Under the pieces are notes generated by a model. The model saw nothing but the letters and a program-made list of their open reading frames with translations, did no database searches and was not told the DNA's origin. A stretch of 64,000 bases of DNA from a virus. Numbering within the stretch: position 1 is the stretch's first letter; every line of letters begins with the position of its first letter. This document shows positions 52,662 through 61,890 of this stretch, in pieces. The translations under genes were made by a program, and so were the position numbers. The stretch is from positions 64,001 through 128,000 of IMG/VR virus record IMGVR_UViG_3300045988_151219. The stretch is one strand, 5' to 3'.

Positions 52662-53933
52662 TTAAAGTATCATAGAATTTAAAAAGCTTTCAGTCATTAC
52701 ACAAGCATCAGGGGATTTATCAGGTCTCCACTTAATAAGTCTTGCATGCTTCAAAGCTTTAGCTCTTCCACTAACAGCTTGTCCGTCTATCTCTGCAACC
52801 CTACCATACCATTCTTGCTTTAATGTAGGTTTTCCATCTACAGTTTCTGTTATATCTTTTCTTAAATCTAAAGGTAAAGAAGCTATATTAGCTATAACGT
52901 GATTAGCTTCTGTGCCATCTTCTTTCTTTAAAATAACTGAAAACTGTAAAGCTCCAACTAAACCTGCCCAAGCTTTATTTTCATCTGCCGGCTCAAATCC
53001 TGTAATATAAGCATCAATAGTATCCCCTAATCCAGCCATAGCTGAACTTTCAGACATAGACCGTTTTACTTTCACCCAACCATCAGAAAGTCGATTGTTA
53101 GCTGTAGAATACTTTGAATATAAATTCTTGAGAACAATACCCTCTCCACCTTGAGCTACGATTGCTTTATAAAATTGTTTTTTATTTGTGTAAGCTGAAT
53201 AAGGAAGTTCTATTTGCATTCCTGATTTTTTTAAATCTTCAAACACCTTCAGCATTGCTACTTTACGTTCTACTAAAGGTCTATTTAAAAGCCAATTATC
53301 TTTATAATAAAGACAATCAAAACAATTAAATTGAATTACAGGTCTCCCCTCTTGTGATTTCAGCTTCTTTTGAATATTAAGAGAATCATGAGCGTTTAAA
53401 GCTAAAAGTGCTGTAATAGCTTGCAATTGAGCTACTGTTACTACTCCCCTGGATTCCATTTCAGTTGATATAGAGTCATCTAAAGATGTAAGCTCACAAT
53501 CCAAAATAAAGTCATATGGAATCTTTTCTTTATCCCAATCTTCTAAAATGTTACCGGCGTAAGATACAGGCAAAAAATCTTTGACAGAAATATTCCTGGA
53601 ATAATACTGCCAATCATTATTAAACTTGACCAGCATAAATCTTACTCCGTCAAGCTTTGTTTCTGCTATCCAGTCCTTAGACAGCCATAAAGAGTTTTGA
53701 ATATCAGGCTGTAAATAATTCATCCGTTGACATAACATAGGACTATCTATGTTTAAAATAGCAGATAAAGTCTTTGGAATATAATTTCCGTAAAGCTGCT
53801 CCATATAATATTTTCTTAAAGCTAAGATGTAATCAGTCTTTCCCAGCTTAGTTTCAGTATAAGGCAACTCTATAGATAATTCTCTACACTGTTTATCTAA
53901 CCCTTTAATAGTCCTGGTTGTAGAAATAGACAT
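52662..53933 (-). CDS. ATP-dependent DNA ligase
   Basis: AETKLDGVRFML (motif I, KxDG), GGEGIVLK (motif IV), WVKVKR (motif V). Confidence 0.8.
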   Translation of the reverse strand: MSISTTRTIKGLDKQCRELSIELPYTETKLGKTDYILALRKYYMEQLYGNYIPKTLSAILNIDSPMLCQRMNYLQPDIQNSLWLSKDWIAETKLDGVRFMLVKFNNDWQYYSRNISVKDFLPVSYAGNILEDWDKEKIPYDFILDCELTSLDDSISTEMESRGVVTVAQLQAITALLALNAHDSLNIQKKLKSQEGRPVIQFNCFDCLYYKDNWLLNRPLVERKVAMLKVFEDLKKSGMQIELPYSAYTNKKQFYKAIVAQGGEGIVLKNLYSKYSTANNRLSDGWVKVKRSMSESSAMAGLGDTIDAYITGFEPADENKAWAGLVGALQFSVILKKEDGTEANHVIANIASLPLDLRKDITETVDGKPTLKQEWYGRVAEIDGQAVSGRAKALKHARLIKWRPDKSPDACVMTESFLNSMIL

Positions 53934-53945
53934 AGTATATTTTCC

Positions 53946-54308
53946 TTACTTATCAAATCCGGTTGATTTCATATCCGTTAAATCAAACAGTAAAGCTTTA
54001 TTTTCTTCATCATATGTACCATACAATCTTCCGGTACCCCAATGAGCTTCAATATACTTTCTAAGCGGAACGCTATTAATAGAACCGTTTGATTGGATAA
54101 CTTTTCCATCGGTATCTTCATCAGCTACTTTAAAAATTACTACTTGGTTTGTTTGTGGATTTACCAATGCTTTTACTTTATACGGTCCGGAAAGTTTATT
54201 AAAACCTACAGAACTAATAAACACTCCCGCAAAGCAAGTCTTAATAAAAATGCCTCCTGTACGTCCAGGACCAGCAAGTTCTTTCGGGTCTAAAAATCCT
54301 TCTAACAT
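53946..54308 (-). CDS. Hypothetical protein
   Basis: 120-aa ORF. Weak similarity to 38300..38719. Confidence 0.5.
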   Translation of the reverse strand: MLEGFLDPKELAGPGRTGGIFIKTCFAGVFISSVGFNKLSGPYKVKALVNPQTNQVVIFKVADEDTDGKVIQSNGSINSVPLRKYIEAHWGTGRLYGTYDEENKALLFDLTDMKSTGFDK

Positions 54309-54339
54309 TTTATCTTCTCCTTTAAATTAAAATATAAAA

Positions 54340-55086
54340 TTATTCCACTTCTAACTTTATTATACTATATTGTTTTCTATTTAAATCTTCTTCACTTGAA
54401 ATATCAGCATTTCCAAAAATATTTAATGCATCAAGTATATAAACATCTCCATGAATTTTTGCATTATCAGTTATAATACAGTGATTATCTATAACAGCAT
54501 TTTCATAGACTTCCGCATTCCCCATAATTTTTGCTTGTTCAGATATTGTAGAATCACCATAAACTTTAGCATTATCAGATACTCGTACATATCCTGAAAT
54601 GTGTGCGTTCTCATACACTTTTGCAGTTCCACCAATAACAGTACAGCCCAGCAAAACAACATGGCCATAGACACTTCCACCACCTGTAACCCAAACATTA
54701 TCCTTCAATAAAGCAGAACCATATACTCTTGCTCCGTCTATCACTCTACAGTTTCCTCTAAGTAAAGCATTTCCATATACTTTTGCTAACCCTGAAATCA
54801 AAGCATAATCTTTTATTTCCGCTACGTCAAAAACACTTGCAGAACCTTTAATTATTACATCATCATATACTTTAGCATTTCCCCAAACTTTAGCTCCCTC
54901 ATATACAATAGCATTATGATAAACCCAGCAAGTTCCTTCTTGTGATAAGTTGTCCTCACTTTCTACATAGCCTCCTAAATCTCCAGCTTGTATATCGTTG
55001 AAAGATTTTAAAGCTCTAATTCGATATAAAGTATTACCTAATGTTGTTTTTGTTTCATTAGTTAGTTCATATTTTCTATCGCCCAT
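54340..55086 (-). CDS. Left-handed beta-helix-like repeat protein (nine 18-residue repeats)
   Basis: GNAKVYDDVIIKGSASVF / DVAEIKDYALISGLAKVY / GNALLRGNCRVIDGARVY / GSALLKDNVWVTGGGSVY ..., with strict 18-aa periodicity. Confidence 0.55.
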   Translation of the reverse strand: MGDRKYELTNETKTTLGNTLYRIRALKSFNDIQAGDLGGYVESEDNLSQEGTCWVYHNAIVYEGAKVWGNAKVYDDVIIKGSASVFDVAEIKDYALISGLAKVYGNALLRGNCRVIDGARVYGSALLKDNVWVTGGGSVYGHVVLLGCTVIGGTAKVYENAHISGYVRVSDNAKVYGDSTISEQAKIMGNAEVYENAVIDNHCIITDNAKIHGDVYILDALNIFGNADISSEEDLNRKQYSIIKLEVE

Positions 55087-55126
55087 TTTTGTTTCCTCAC
55101 TTATAATATAACTCTTTTATGACTAT

Positions 55127-55155
55127 ATTATAAAATAGATTGTAATATATGTCAA
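55127..55155 (-). promoter_or_regulatory. Consensus sigma-70-type promoter, copy e
   Basis: Minus strand reads cTTGACAtatattacaatctatttTATAATa, with a 17-nt spacer. Confidence 0.75.
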
Positions 55156-55171
55156 GTATTTTTTACAACAA

Positions 55172-55206
55172 AAAAGAAAAAGCAGGGAGGAACTGCTTTT
55201 TCTTTT
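55172..55206 (-). terminator. Rho-independent terminator after 55288..56478
   Basis: Perfect 14-bp stem aaaagaaaaagcag/ctgctttttctttt with a 7-nt loop. Confidence 0.65.
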
Positions 55207-55287
55207 CGTAAGGAGAAAATACACATCACACAAACAATTAGATTCCAAAGTGGTAATCGCTTTACCACTGCTTTAATATATAAAGTC

Positions 55288-56478
55288 TTAGTCTTCTTCC
55301 TCGATTTTATAAGTTTTCGCTAAATAATTATAGGCATCCTCTAAGGTATCAAATTCTTCCACAGTATCAACTGCAATCGTATACGGACGTTCTTTCAAAG
55401 GAATATGTACTGCTAATTCTAAATTCCCTTCTTCATTGTATATATTATATACTACATTATACTCTCTATCAATCTCTCTTTGTACAGAATACTCGGTTGT
55501 GTTTAACTTAAGCATTAACTGATTTATCTTATCATAATATGGTGATGTAGGTGATGTATATAAATTGTCATCTTCATCAGATACTATTACTGTATCTTCA
55601 TAAATACCCATGACTACAGCTTCGCCTATAAAGCAGCCGTTAAATACAGAAGGTTTTAAAGTAACTTCTTTATAAGCTTCTTCATCAGATACAGATTCAT
55701 CTAAAGATAAATCTACTTTATATAAATCTCCTGATTCAGAAATAAATCCGAAATATTCCCCTACAGTAGATTCTTCTACTTTAGTATTTTCTATCCTGCC
55801 ATTTATTTCTTCTTTGGCTTCTTCTACAGAATCCACATTAGCTACAAAATTTCCATCAGGATCTAAAACTGTATAATGGTCTTTATCAGCACAGTATGTA
55901 TAGCCTTTATATTCCTGTTCAGATTCAGAAATAGATTTTACTTCTTTTGAGAAATCATCTTCTGACATGGAATAATATTCACCTGTAGAATCTGTTAGAT
56001 AAACTATATTTTTATCTACAGAATATACTACAAACTGCCCGTCATCAAAATCATATGATTTTCCTACTTCCGGCTTAATCGGCTTAGGCTCTTCTTCTGC
56101 CTGTTTATCTTTAGGCTCATCATTCATATAATCAATCTTAGGTGCTAAATCAGACGCCTGTGTAGCGTCTTCTTCTACTTCTTGTTCATAAATCCTTGTA
56201 TTCATATTTATATAATCAGAAAGATTGCTTTCATCTATCTCTTTTAATCTCTCAAGCAAATCTTCTGATTTAAGATTATCCGAAACTATTTTATATGTAA
56301 CGTTCCGGTCTTTAAATTGAACACCCGAAAAAGTTGATTCTTTTATTAAAGAAAAATCTTTTTTATTAAGCTTTTCAAATTGCGGCACCTTTAAACGTTT
56401 TTCTTCTTCTTCTGTAGATTCATTTACAGTCAAGTCTTTATTAACTTGAAGCAATGCTCCTAAGTAATCTATGTTCAT
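55288..56478 (-). CDS. Large acidic hypothetical protein
   Basis: 396-aa ORF, rich in Glu/Asp/Tyr. Confidence 0.6.
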   Translation of the reverse strand: MNIDYLGALLQVNKDLTVNESTEEEEKRLKVPQFEKLNKKDFSLIKESTFSGVQFKDRNVTYKIVSDNLKSEDLLERLKEIDESNLSDYINMNTRIYEQEVEEDATQASDLAPKIDYMNDEPKDKQAEEEPKPIKPEVGKSYDFDDGQFVVYSVDKNIVYLTDSTGEYYSMSEDDFSKEVKSISESEQEYKGYTYCADKDHYTVLDPDGNFVANVDSVEEAKEEINGRIENTKVEESTVGEYFGFISESGDLYKVDLSLDESVSDEEAYKEVTLKPSVFNGCFIGEAVVMGIYEDTVIVSDEDDNLYTSPTSPYYDKINQLMLKLNTTEYSVQREIDREYNVVYNIYNEEGNLELAVHIPLKERPYTIAVDTVEEFDTLEDAYNYLAKTYKIEEED

Positions 56479-56535
56479 TTACAGTCTCCTTCGTAAGATA
56501 ATAAGTGTTTATCATCAATAAAAATATATATAAAT

Positions 56536-56559
56536 AAGAGTGTAGAAATTTACACTCTT
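56536..56559 (-). terminator. Rho-independent terminator starting at the polymerase stop codon
   Basis: Stem aagagtgta/tacactctt with a 6-nt loop, followed on the minus strand by AUUUAUAUAUAUUUUU. Confidence 0.55.
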
Positions 56560-58706
56560 TAAATTTCAAATATAGACTCTTCCTGCTCTTCTTGTACTAC
56601 TTCTTCTAAAGCTTCTTCTCTAATTTGTTCAGTAGGAACAGCTTCTACTTTAGGTGAAATAGTTCCGTCTTTATAGTTGACATTAAAATCAAAACACTTC
56701 CCCCAACAAGTTCCTATACTCGGCTCTGCTTTCATCTGACATTGCCAGTTAGGTATTGTAAACTCCATACACTTTTTAGCCAATAATAAGTTATGTATAA
56801 AGTTTTCATCATTAGGTATCGACAAATCTATTTCATCATGAATGGTATTCATGAATCTAACCCCTGTATTTAATTTTGGATTTAACAGCTTATTCCACAT
56901 TCTAAGTATGGAAAGTTTAGTTATGTCCGCCGCTGTTGCTTGTATCTTGTCATTTATAATAGTCCGCCGTCCATAAGCTCGCATCTTTGGATTAGCAGAC
57001 TCCATATAAAATTTTACTCTTCTCGGTCTCCCAAAATAAGAATAAACTGTACCTACTTTTTCTGCTCTTCTTTCTACTGTACGTACCCATTGAAATAATG
57101 TAGGTAATCCTTTTTTAAAGTCATCTACCAGTTTTTGAGCTTCTTCTAACGGTATTTCTAATTTCTCCACGTAAGTATGTGCATTACCGCCGTAAAGCTG
57201 GGAGAAAGAAGCTACTTTAGCCATCTTTCTTTTATGCTTATCATAATTTTCTTTTCCCCAAATCTGACAAGCGGTTTCTGCGTGTACATCTCCCCCCTGT
57301 GTAAACGGTCTGACCCATGCAGGTTCTCCTGAAATAGCAGCTGGTATTCTTAGCTCTTGTGCGTTAAAGTCAATAGCTACCCATAGACAACCTTTATCCG
57401 GCAAAAAAGAAGACCTCAAATTTAAATGCTGGTCAAATCCTTCTGCCCAAACATCAGCTTTCCGCCATGTTGAAAACAGCCAGTCTCTTATAATAATCTC
57501 GTCTTTTGTAATGGTAGATAAATCTATGTCTTTTAATTCATGCACATAATACATGCAAGGCTCCGGCTTAGACAATGCCTGTATATTCATATGAGTAAAA
57601 TATGTATTCTTCTTGTCTGAACCTGACGCCAGTCTCCCTGACGGAACATTAAAATGAATATAAGAGAAACGGCACTTTCCGTTCTGTCGAACAGCTTCAT
57701 CATATAAGCTGCCAAAGAATGAAGACTGCATTTTCTTGAGTTTTGAGTATTCTACAAGCTTAGTTAAAAGCTTCGTCTCTTCTGTATTGCCTAATTTCTT
57801 TGATACAGCAGTTAATGTATTTATATCTGTCTTCATCTGTCCGGTAGCTGTATATACTCCTGTTGTAATACCTACCGAAATTAAAGCTTCCCCTAACTGC
57901 TTAGGAGATTTTAATGTAAAAGGATATCCTACTGTAGCGTATATCTCTGATTCTAATTTTGCTAATGCAGGCTCTATTTCATCTAATCTCGCTTTGACAT
58001 AGTCTACATCAATATTTACTCCGTTATCTTCAAAGATAACAAAAGGCATTAAAATATTATTGTCTATCTTTGATGAAATTCCACCCTCTTGATAGAATTT
58101 AAAAGTCTTTGCTACTAAAGCAAAAGTTCCAATAGCATCATAGCAAGCATACTTATAACCATCTTCCGGATTAACATAATAGAAAGATGAATTAGAACCT
58201 ACTGTCTCTTCAAAGGTAGGTGGCATATACCCTAAGAAATGTAAAGTGCTTTTCTTGAGTGACGGCAGCTTAACATTAGTATCCGAAAGCCATGTACACT
58301 CCATAACGTCTAAGTATTTAATTGCCTGGATATCATATCCTAACTTATAAAGCCACCGGATATCAAACTTATAGTTATAAAAGAAAACTTTCTTGCTTTC
58401 TAATAATGCTTTATACAATAAATCAAGGGAATCTTTCCCTAAATTATTTCCCACAGCATGTTTGACTGGAATATAATATCCTTCGTCCGATGAAAAAGCT
58501 ACCGAAAACCCTACTATAAATCCATTGTCAGGGTCTAAATCGGATGTTTCAAAGTCAAGAGACATCAATTTTGCTTTATTCTCTTCAAACAGCTTTTTCA
58601 GTTCTTCTATTGATTTAATAAGATGTGTCTTTAATGAGTTTATTCTCTCCTGATTTTCACGCACTGCTGGAATATAATGTTCGTATGCTGCTATATTCTT
58701 TGCCAA
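56559..58706 (-). CDS. Family-A DNA polymerase, canonical copy (3'-5' exo plus pol)
   Basis: Exo I SLDFETSDLD, Exo II FYNYKFDIRWL, Exo III YACYDAIGTF. Motif A VAIDFNAQELRIPA, motif B RKMAKVASFSQLYGG, motif C NTIHDEIDL. TTG start with an AAGGAG RBS. Confidence 0.85.
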   Translation of the reverse strand: MAKNIAAYEHYIPAVRENQERINSLKTHLIKSIEELKKLFEENKAKLMSLDFETSDLDPDNGFIVGFSVAFSSDEGYYIPVKHAVGNNLGKDSLDLLYKALLESKKVFFYNYKFDIRWLYKLGYDIQAIKYLDVMECTWLSDTNVKLPSLKKSTLHFLGYMPPTFEETVGSNSSFYYVNPEDGYKYACYDAIGTFALVAKTFKFYQEGGISSKIDNNILMPFVIFEDNGVNIDVDYVKARLDEIEPALAKLESEIYATVGYPFTLKSPKQLGEALISVGITTGVYTATGQMKTDINTLTAVSKKLGNTEETKLLTKLVEYSKLKKMQSSFFGSLYDEAVRQNGKCRFSYIHFNVPSGRLASGSDKKNTYFTHMNIQALSKPEPCMYYVHELKDIDLSTITKDEIIIRDWLFSTWRKADVWAEGFDQHLNLRSSFLPDKGCLWVAIDFNAQELRIPAAISGEPAWVRPFTQGGDVHAETACQIWGKENYDKHKRKMAKVASFSQLYGGNAHTYVEKLEIPLEEAQKLVDDFKKGLPTLFQWVRTVERRAEKVGTVYSYFGRPRRVKFYMESANPKMRAYGRRTIINDKIQATAADITKLSILRMWNKLLNPKLNTGVRFMNTIHDEIDLSIPNDENFIHNLLLAKKCMEFTIPNWQCQMKAEPSIGTCWGKCFDFNVNYKDGTISPKVEAVPTEQIREEALEEVVQEEQEESIFEI

Positions 58707-58720
58707 TGTTTTTCTCCTTA

Positions 58721-59242
58721 TTATTTATTTGGCTGAATTAAGATAAATAACGTCTCCTGTCCGGAAGCAGAAACCCTGCTGATAATAGATGTGTATTCCC
58801 CCGCTTTCTCTTCCGGTATATAAAACTTTACTAACCCCTCAATAGATGAAATTTTAGGGTTATTGATTGAAATTAAAGAACTTGTGTTTGTCATAATATA
58901 AAGTGTTGTATTTTCTAAGTAATTAGTTAGCTCTCCATATTGTGATAGAGAATTTAAAAGCTCATCTTTCTTGTTACATTTAAATTTTACTCCTATACTA
59001 TCCTTATTCATGCTAAAGTTACAAGCTTGATAAAAATATTTATTCAGTTTTATAGTAAGTGAGTTCGCATCGTATATATTATATCTTAACCCTTTGTCTG
59101 AAAGGTCTATTCTAAATCCGAAAAAAATAAAATTGTTTCCGTTTATTTTTTTAGCAATAGGTGATGGAATCTCTACTACCTTAACAAACAACAATCTTAT
59201 TTTCATTATTAATTTCTTTATAAATCTAAGAATAATACCCAT
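58721..59242 (-). CDS. Hypothetical protein
   Basis: 173-aa ORF. Confidence 0.5.
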   Translation of the reverse strand: MGIILRFIKKLIMKIRLLFVKVVEIPSPIAKKINGNNFIFFGFRIDLSDKGLRYNIYDANSLTIKLNKYFYQACNFSMNKDSIGVKFKCNKKDELLNSLSQYGELTNYLENTTLYIMTNTSSLISINNPKISSIEGLVKFYIPEEKAGEYTSIISRVSASGQETLFILIQPNK

Positions 59243-59788
59243 TTACACCTGCTCCGATAAATCATTGTAAGGGTCGTAAAGCCTTAAATACAACCCTGTA
59301 AAGTTTTCTTTGTCTACACTGTTAATATAATCTAAAATTTGATAAGCAATAGTTTTGTTATTAATTCCTTGTTTGTATTCATCATACCTTGTAGAAATAA
59401 ACTTTTTATATAATTCCTTCAGCTGGTTATAAAGCTCTAATGATTTTGCATCGTTTGAAATCTCAAGCTGCTTATTCCTGATATATTCTGTAACAGGGTA
59501 TTTATAGACTTCTGTATAAGCAAATACAAACAAGACTTTTTTATCATATATTAACATTTTACTAAATTCTTCTCCGCCGTGAGAAAGATTTATCAAAATC
59601 TGATATATGATATATTTTACCGTGTTTGATAGTTTATGATAATCCGTTAGACCATTAGAAAGCTTGCAAAGCTCTAAGTAAGAAGTAGTCTTGCAATTAT
59701 TCTCTTTTTTATATTCTTTTAAAAAAATATCTTTAAAATATTCCAAAGCAAATATTTTTACTACTCTATCTATTTGTCCATTAGTCAT
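59243..59788 (-). CDS. Hypothetical protein
   Basis: 181-aa ORF. Confidence 0.5.
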   Translation of the reverse strand: MTNGQIDRVVKIFALEYFKDIFLKEYKKENNCKTTSYLELCKLSNGLTDYHKLSNTVKYIIYQILINLSHGGEEFSKMLIYDKKVLFVFAYTEVYKYPVTEYIRNKQLEISNDAKSLELYNQLKELYKKFISTRYDEYKQGINNKTIAYQILDYINSVDKENFTGLYLRLYDPYNDLSEQV

Positions 59789-60017
59789 AAGAACTGCTCC
59801 TTTTTATTTTGTCTTCTTCTATATTATACTTCTTTCCTAAAACAATATTTGTCTGAATTTTAAGCAGAAGCCGTTCAGTTTCAACCAAATCTACCAGGTC
59901 ATAAACCCTCTTCCTAACTATTTGATACTCTGTAGGTGCTGTTTGTTCTATGCTAAAAGAAGCTGAATTTTTAAATTCATCTATTAATTCCTGTATCTTA
60001 TTCTCATCTAATATCAT
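59781..60017 (-). CDS. Hypothetical small protein
   Basis: 78-aa ORF. Carries a GTATAATAT copy (59821-29) 35 nt upstream of the next start codon. Confidence 0.5.
   Translation of the reverse strand: MILDENKIQELIDEFKNSASFSIEQTAPTEYQIVRKRVYDLVDLVETERLLLKIQTNIVLGKKYNIEEDKIKRSSSYD
59821..59829 (-). promoter_or_regulatory. GTATAATAT element, site 8 (inside the 3' end of 59781..60017)
   Basis: Minus strand reads aaagaaGTATAATATagaagaag, 33 nt upstream of ATG 59788. Confidence 0.35.
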
Positions 60018-60020
60018 GAC

Positions 60021-60332
60021 TCACACCTCTATATAAATAACTTCCCCATTTTCATATGAATTGTAAATGTTAGCGTATACTTCTTTAGAAATAATTCCAT
60101 TGTTTGGAAAGTACATTGTTTCTTCAACTATGGTCTCTGAAACCAAAGTCATTTTGTTTCCTCTTGTGTCTGAAATCTTTAACGTAACTTGGAAATCCTC
60201 AAGCTCTTTAGCTTTTTCAGGCTCAAATAAGAAAGTTAAATACATCGGTTCCATTTTTACATGTACTGTATAAACTTTCTTATTAAGTGTAAATATCTGT
60301 ATAGGTTTAGTTTTAGCTAAAATATGTAACAT
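60021..60332 (-). CDS. Hypothetical protein
   Basis: I chose ATG 60332 (AAGGAG RBS). The track's GTG start would lie inside the upstream terminator hairpin. Confidence 0.5.
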   Translation of the reverse strand: MLHILAKTKPIQIFTLNKKVYTVHVKMEPMYLTFLFEPEKAKELEDFQVTLKISDTRGNKMTLVSETIVEETMYFPNNGIISKEVYANIYNSYENGEVIYIEV

Positions 60333-60349
60333 TCTTTTCTCCTTAAAAT

Positions 60350-60379
60350 AAAATCCCACCTCTTCTAAGGTAGGATTTT
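60350..60379 (-). terminator. Rho-independent terminator after 60453..60704
   Basis: Minus strand reads AAAAUCCUACC-uuagaaga-GGUGGGAUUUU-AUUUU. The one non-Watson-Crick pair is U-G only in the minus-strand sense. Confidence 0.6.
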
Positions 60380-60420
60380 TAAATCGTCTGTATTTATTTT
60401 TTCTACCTGTTTATTTAGCT

Positions 60421-60429
60421 ATATTATAC
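60421..60429 (-). promoter_or_regulatory. GTATAATAT element, site 9
   Basis: Minus strand reads tactttttaGTATAATATagctaaat. Lies upstream of terminator 60350..60379, so its role is unclear. Confidence 0.3.
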
Positions 60430-60452
60430 TAAAAAGTAGAAGTTATTGTGTT

Positions 60453-60704
60453 TTATTTTACGTCTTCTTTGTTTGACGCCAGCATTTCTAATGCCGGAAG
60501 CATAGTAGACATCACACGTTTAATTTCAACACTCTTATTTAAAAGAATCGGATATTTACCTTGCTGTACATAGTTCAGGCAAACTTCGCAAAGTTTAATC
60601 GTATTCTTCAAATCTCGTACAGCTACTCGGCGATAAGTCTGTTCTACCGTTTCTTCATCAATTCTTGACTCAAAAATATTTTTCAGATTGTACTGTTTCT
60701 TCAT
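60453..60704 (-). CDS. Hypothetical small protein
   Basis: 83-aa ORF. Confidence 0.5.
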   Translation of the reverse strand: MKKQYNLKNIFESRIDEETVEQTYRRVAVRDLKNTIKLCEVCLNYVQQGKYPILLNKSVEIKRVMSTMLPALEMLASNKEDVK

Positions 60705-60757
60705 GATTAAAGTCCTTTCAAAAATTAATTTGTTGTTACTCTAATCTATATGTTTTT

Positions 60758-61090
60758 CTATTTTGCTTTCTCAAAATATTTATCTGACAGCTTAATCGGG
60801 AACTTGATGTCTTCTATATCTACCAAATAGAAAAGCGGTATCGGAATTTCTTTGAGATAAAGCAAATCTCCCATTACTGGGTCTACTCCATTGTACTTTA
60901 ATGATGTACCTGCTTTAAGATAAAGCTGGCTGTCTTTGATATCAAAGTTTTCAAAAAAAGATTCCAAATCTAAATCTCCATTTAACTTTTCCTCATTTAC
61001 TACTCGGTCAATAATTGCTCCGATAGTAGAAAGAAAGGTCGGCAGCCTTGTATCTTTTTTTAATTTTACATATTCTCCTTCTTTAAACAT
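60758..61090 (-). CDS. Hypothetical protein
   Basis: 110-aa ORF. Confidence 0.5.
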   Translation of the reverse strand: MFKEGEYVKLKKDTRLPTFLSTIGAIIDRVVNEEKLNGDLDLESFFENFDIKDSQLYLKAGTSLKYNGVDPVMGDLLYLKEIPIPLFYLVDIEDIKFPIKLSDKYFEKAK

Positions 61091-61553
61091 CTGTTTCTTC
61101 TCCTTTTATCACGTCAATAATGTTAATTAAAAACTGGATGTGTGAACCTATATTGGCTTTATATTCCTTGAACCTGTTTAAATTCTCTTTATTATTATAC
61201 CAAATAGGTGAAATAGTGTCTGTGTTGTAAGTACCAAACTCTTCTTCTAAAGCTCTTCTCTCATCAAGAGAAAGCTTATTCCAAATATTATTAAAGAGTT
61301 TTTCAACATTGTACTTTATAATATTCTTCTTAAAGAAGTCTACCGGATGGTACACTTTCCTCTCTGAAAAGCAAAACAGAGTATCTCCGTCCTTATTGTT
61401 ATAAAGCTTTGCTGCCGGCGTATGATAATTTTCATGAAAAGGACAATAAACTTTTCCCTCATATGAGTTTACGTTATATTGCAGAAAAGAATTTAATAAA
61501 AACGGAATATTAATCTTTCTATTAATAACGTATTCCTTAAACGCCTCTTCCAT
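61083..61553 (-). CDS. Primase zinc-binding-domain-like protein (CHC2-type, second Cys pair degenerate)
   Basis: KVYCPFHENYHTPAAKLYNNKDGDTLFCFSERKVYHPVDFF parallels DnaG CPFH.E.tPSf.v......f.CFgCg.gGd.i.F. Confidence 0.45.
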   Translation of the reverse strand: MEEAFKEYVINRKINIPFLLNSFLQYNVNSYEGKVYCPFHENYHTPAAKLYNNKDGDTLFCFSERKVYHPVDFFKKNIIKYNVEKLFNNIWNKLSLDERRALEEEFGTYNTDTISPIWYNNKENLNRFKEYKANIGSHIQFLINIIDVIKGEETDV

Positions 61554-61850
61554 TTATTTTCCTCTCTTAGGAAATGCAGCTACTCGATAAATCTCTTCTA
61601 AAGCATCTTCTTCGGTTAAATAACCTTTGACATCACCATATCCTAACTCTTCGTCATAAATAAGCCCTCCCCTTTCGTTAGTAAGTGCTGTCTCATATAA
61701 ACCTAAGTCGTGTCCATAAGACATCCCATTTTGAATTAACGAAAGTCCATATCCGTTGTCAAACTTATACTTGTAGCTTATTCCACCTAATATACAATCC
61801 TTAGACTTATCTTCTACGTGAAACGGTACATCTAACAATTTGTTTTTCAT
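61554..61850 (-). CDS. Hypothetical protein
   Basis: I chose ATG 61850 (GGAGGAG RBS), 41 nt downstream of the -10 of promoter copy f. Confidence 0.5.
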   Translation of the reverse strand: MKNKLLDVPFHVEDKSKDCILGGISYKYKFDNGYGLSLIQNGMSYGHDLGLYETALTNERGGLIYDEELGYGDVKGYLTEEDALEEIYRVAAFPKRGK

Positions 61851-61890
61851 TTTAGCTCCTCCTAAATAATACAATTATTTCTATATCTGT

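Noticed and set aside
54489-54698. A 69-aa minus-strand ORF inside the beta-helix repeat gene.
   Set aside because: It is nested in an alternative frame of a gene with strict 18-aa periodicity, so it is a shadow ORF.
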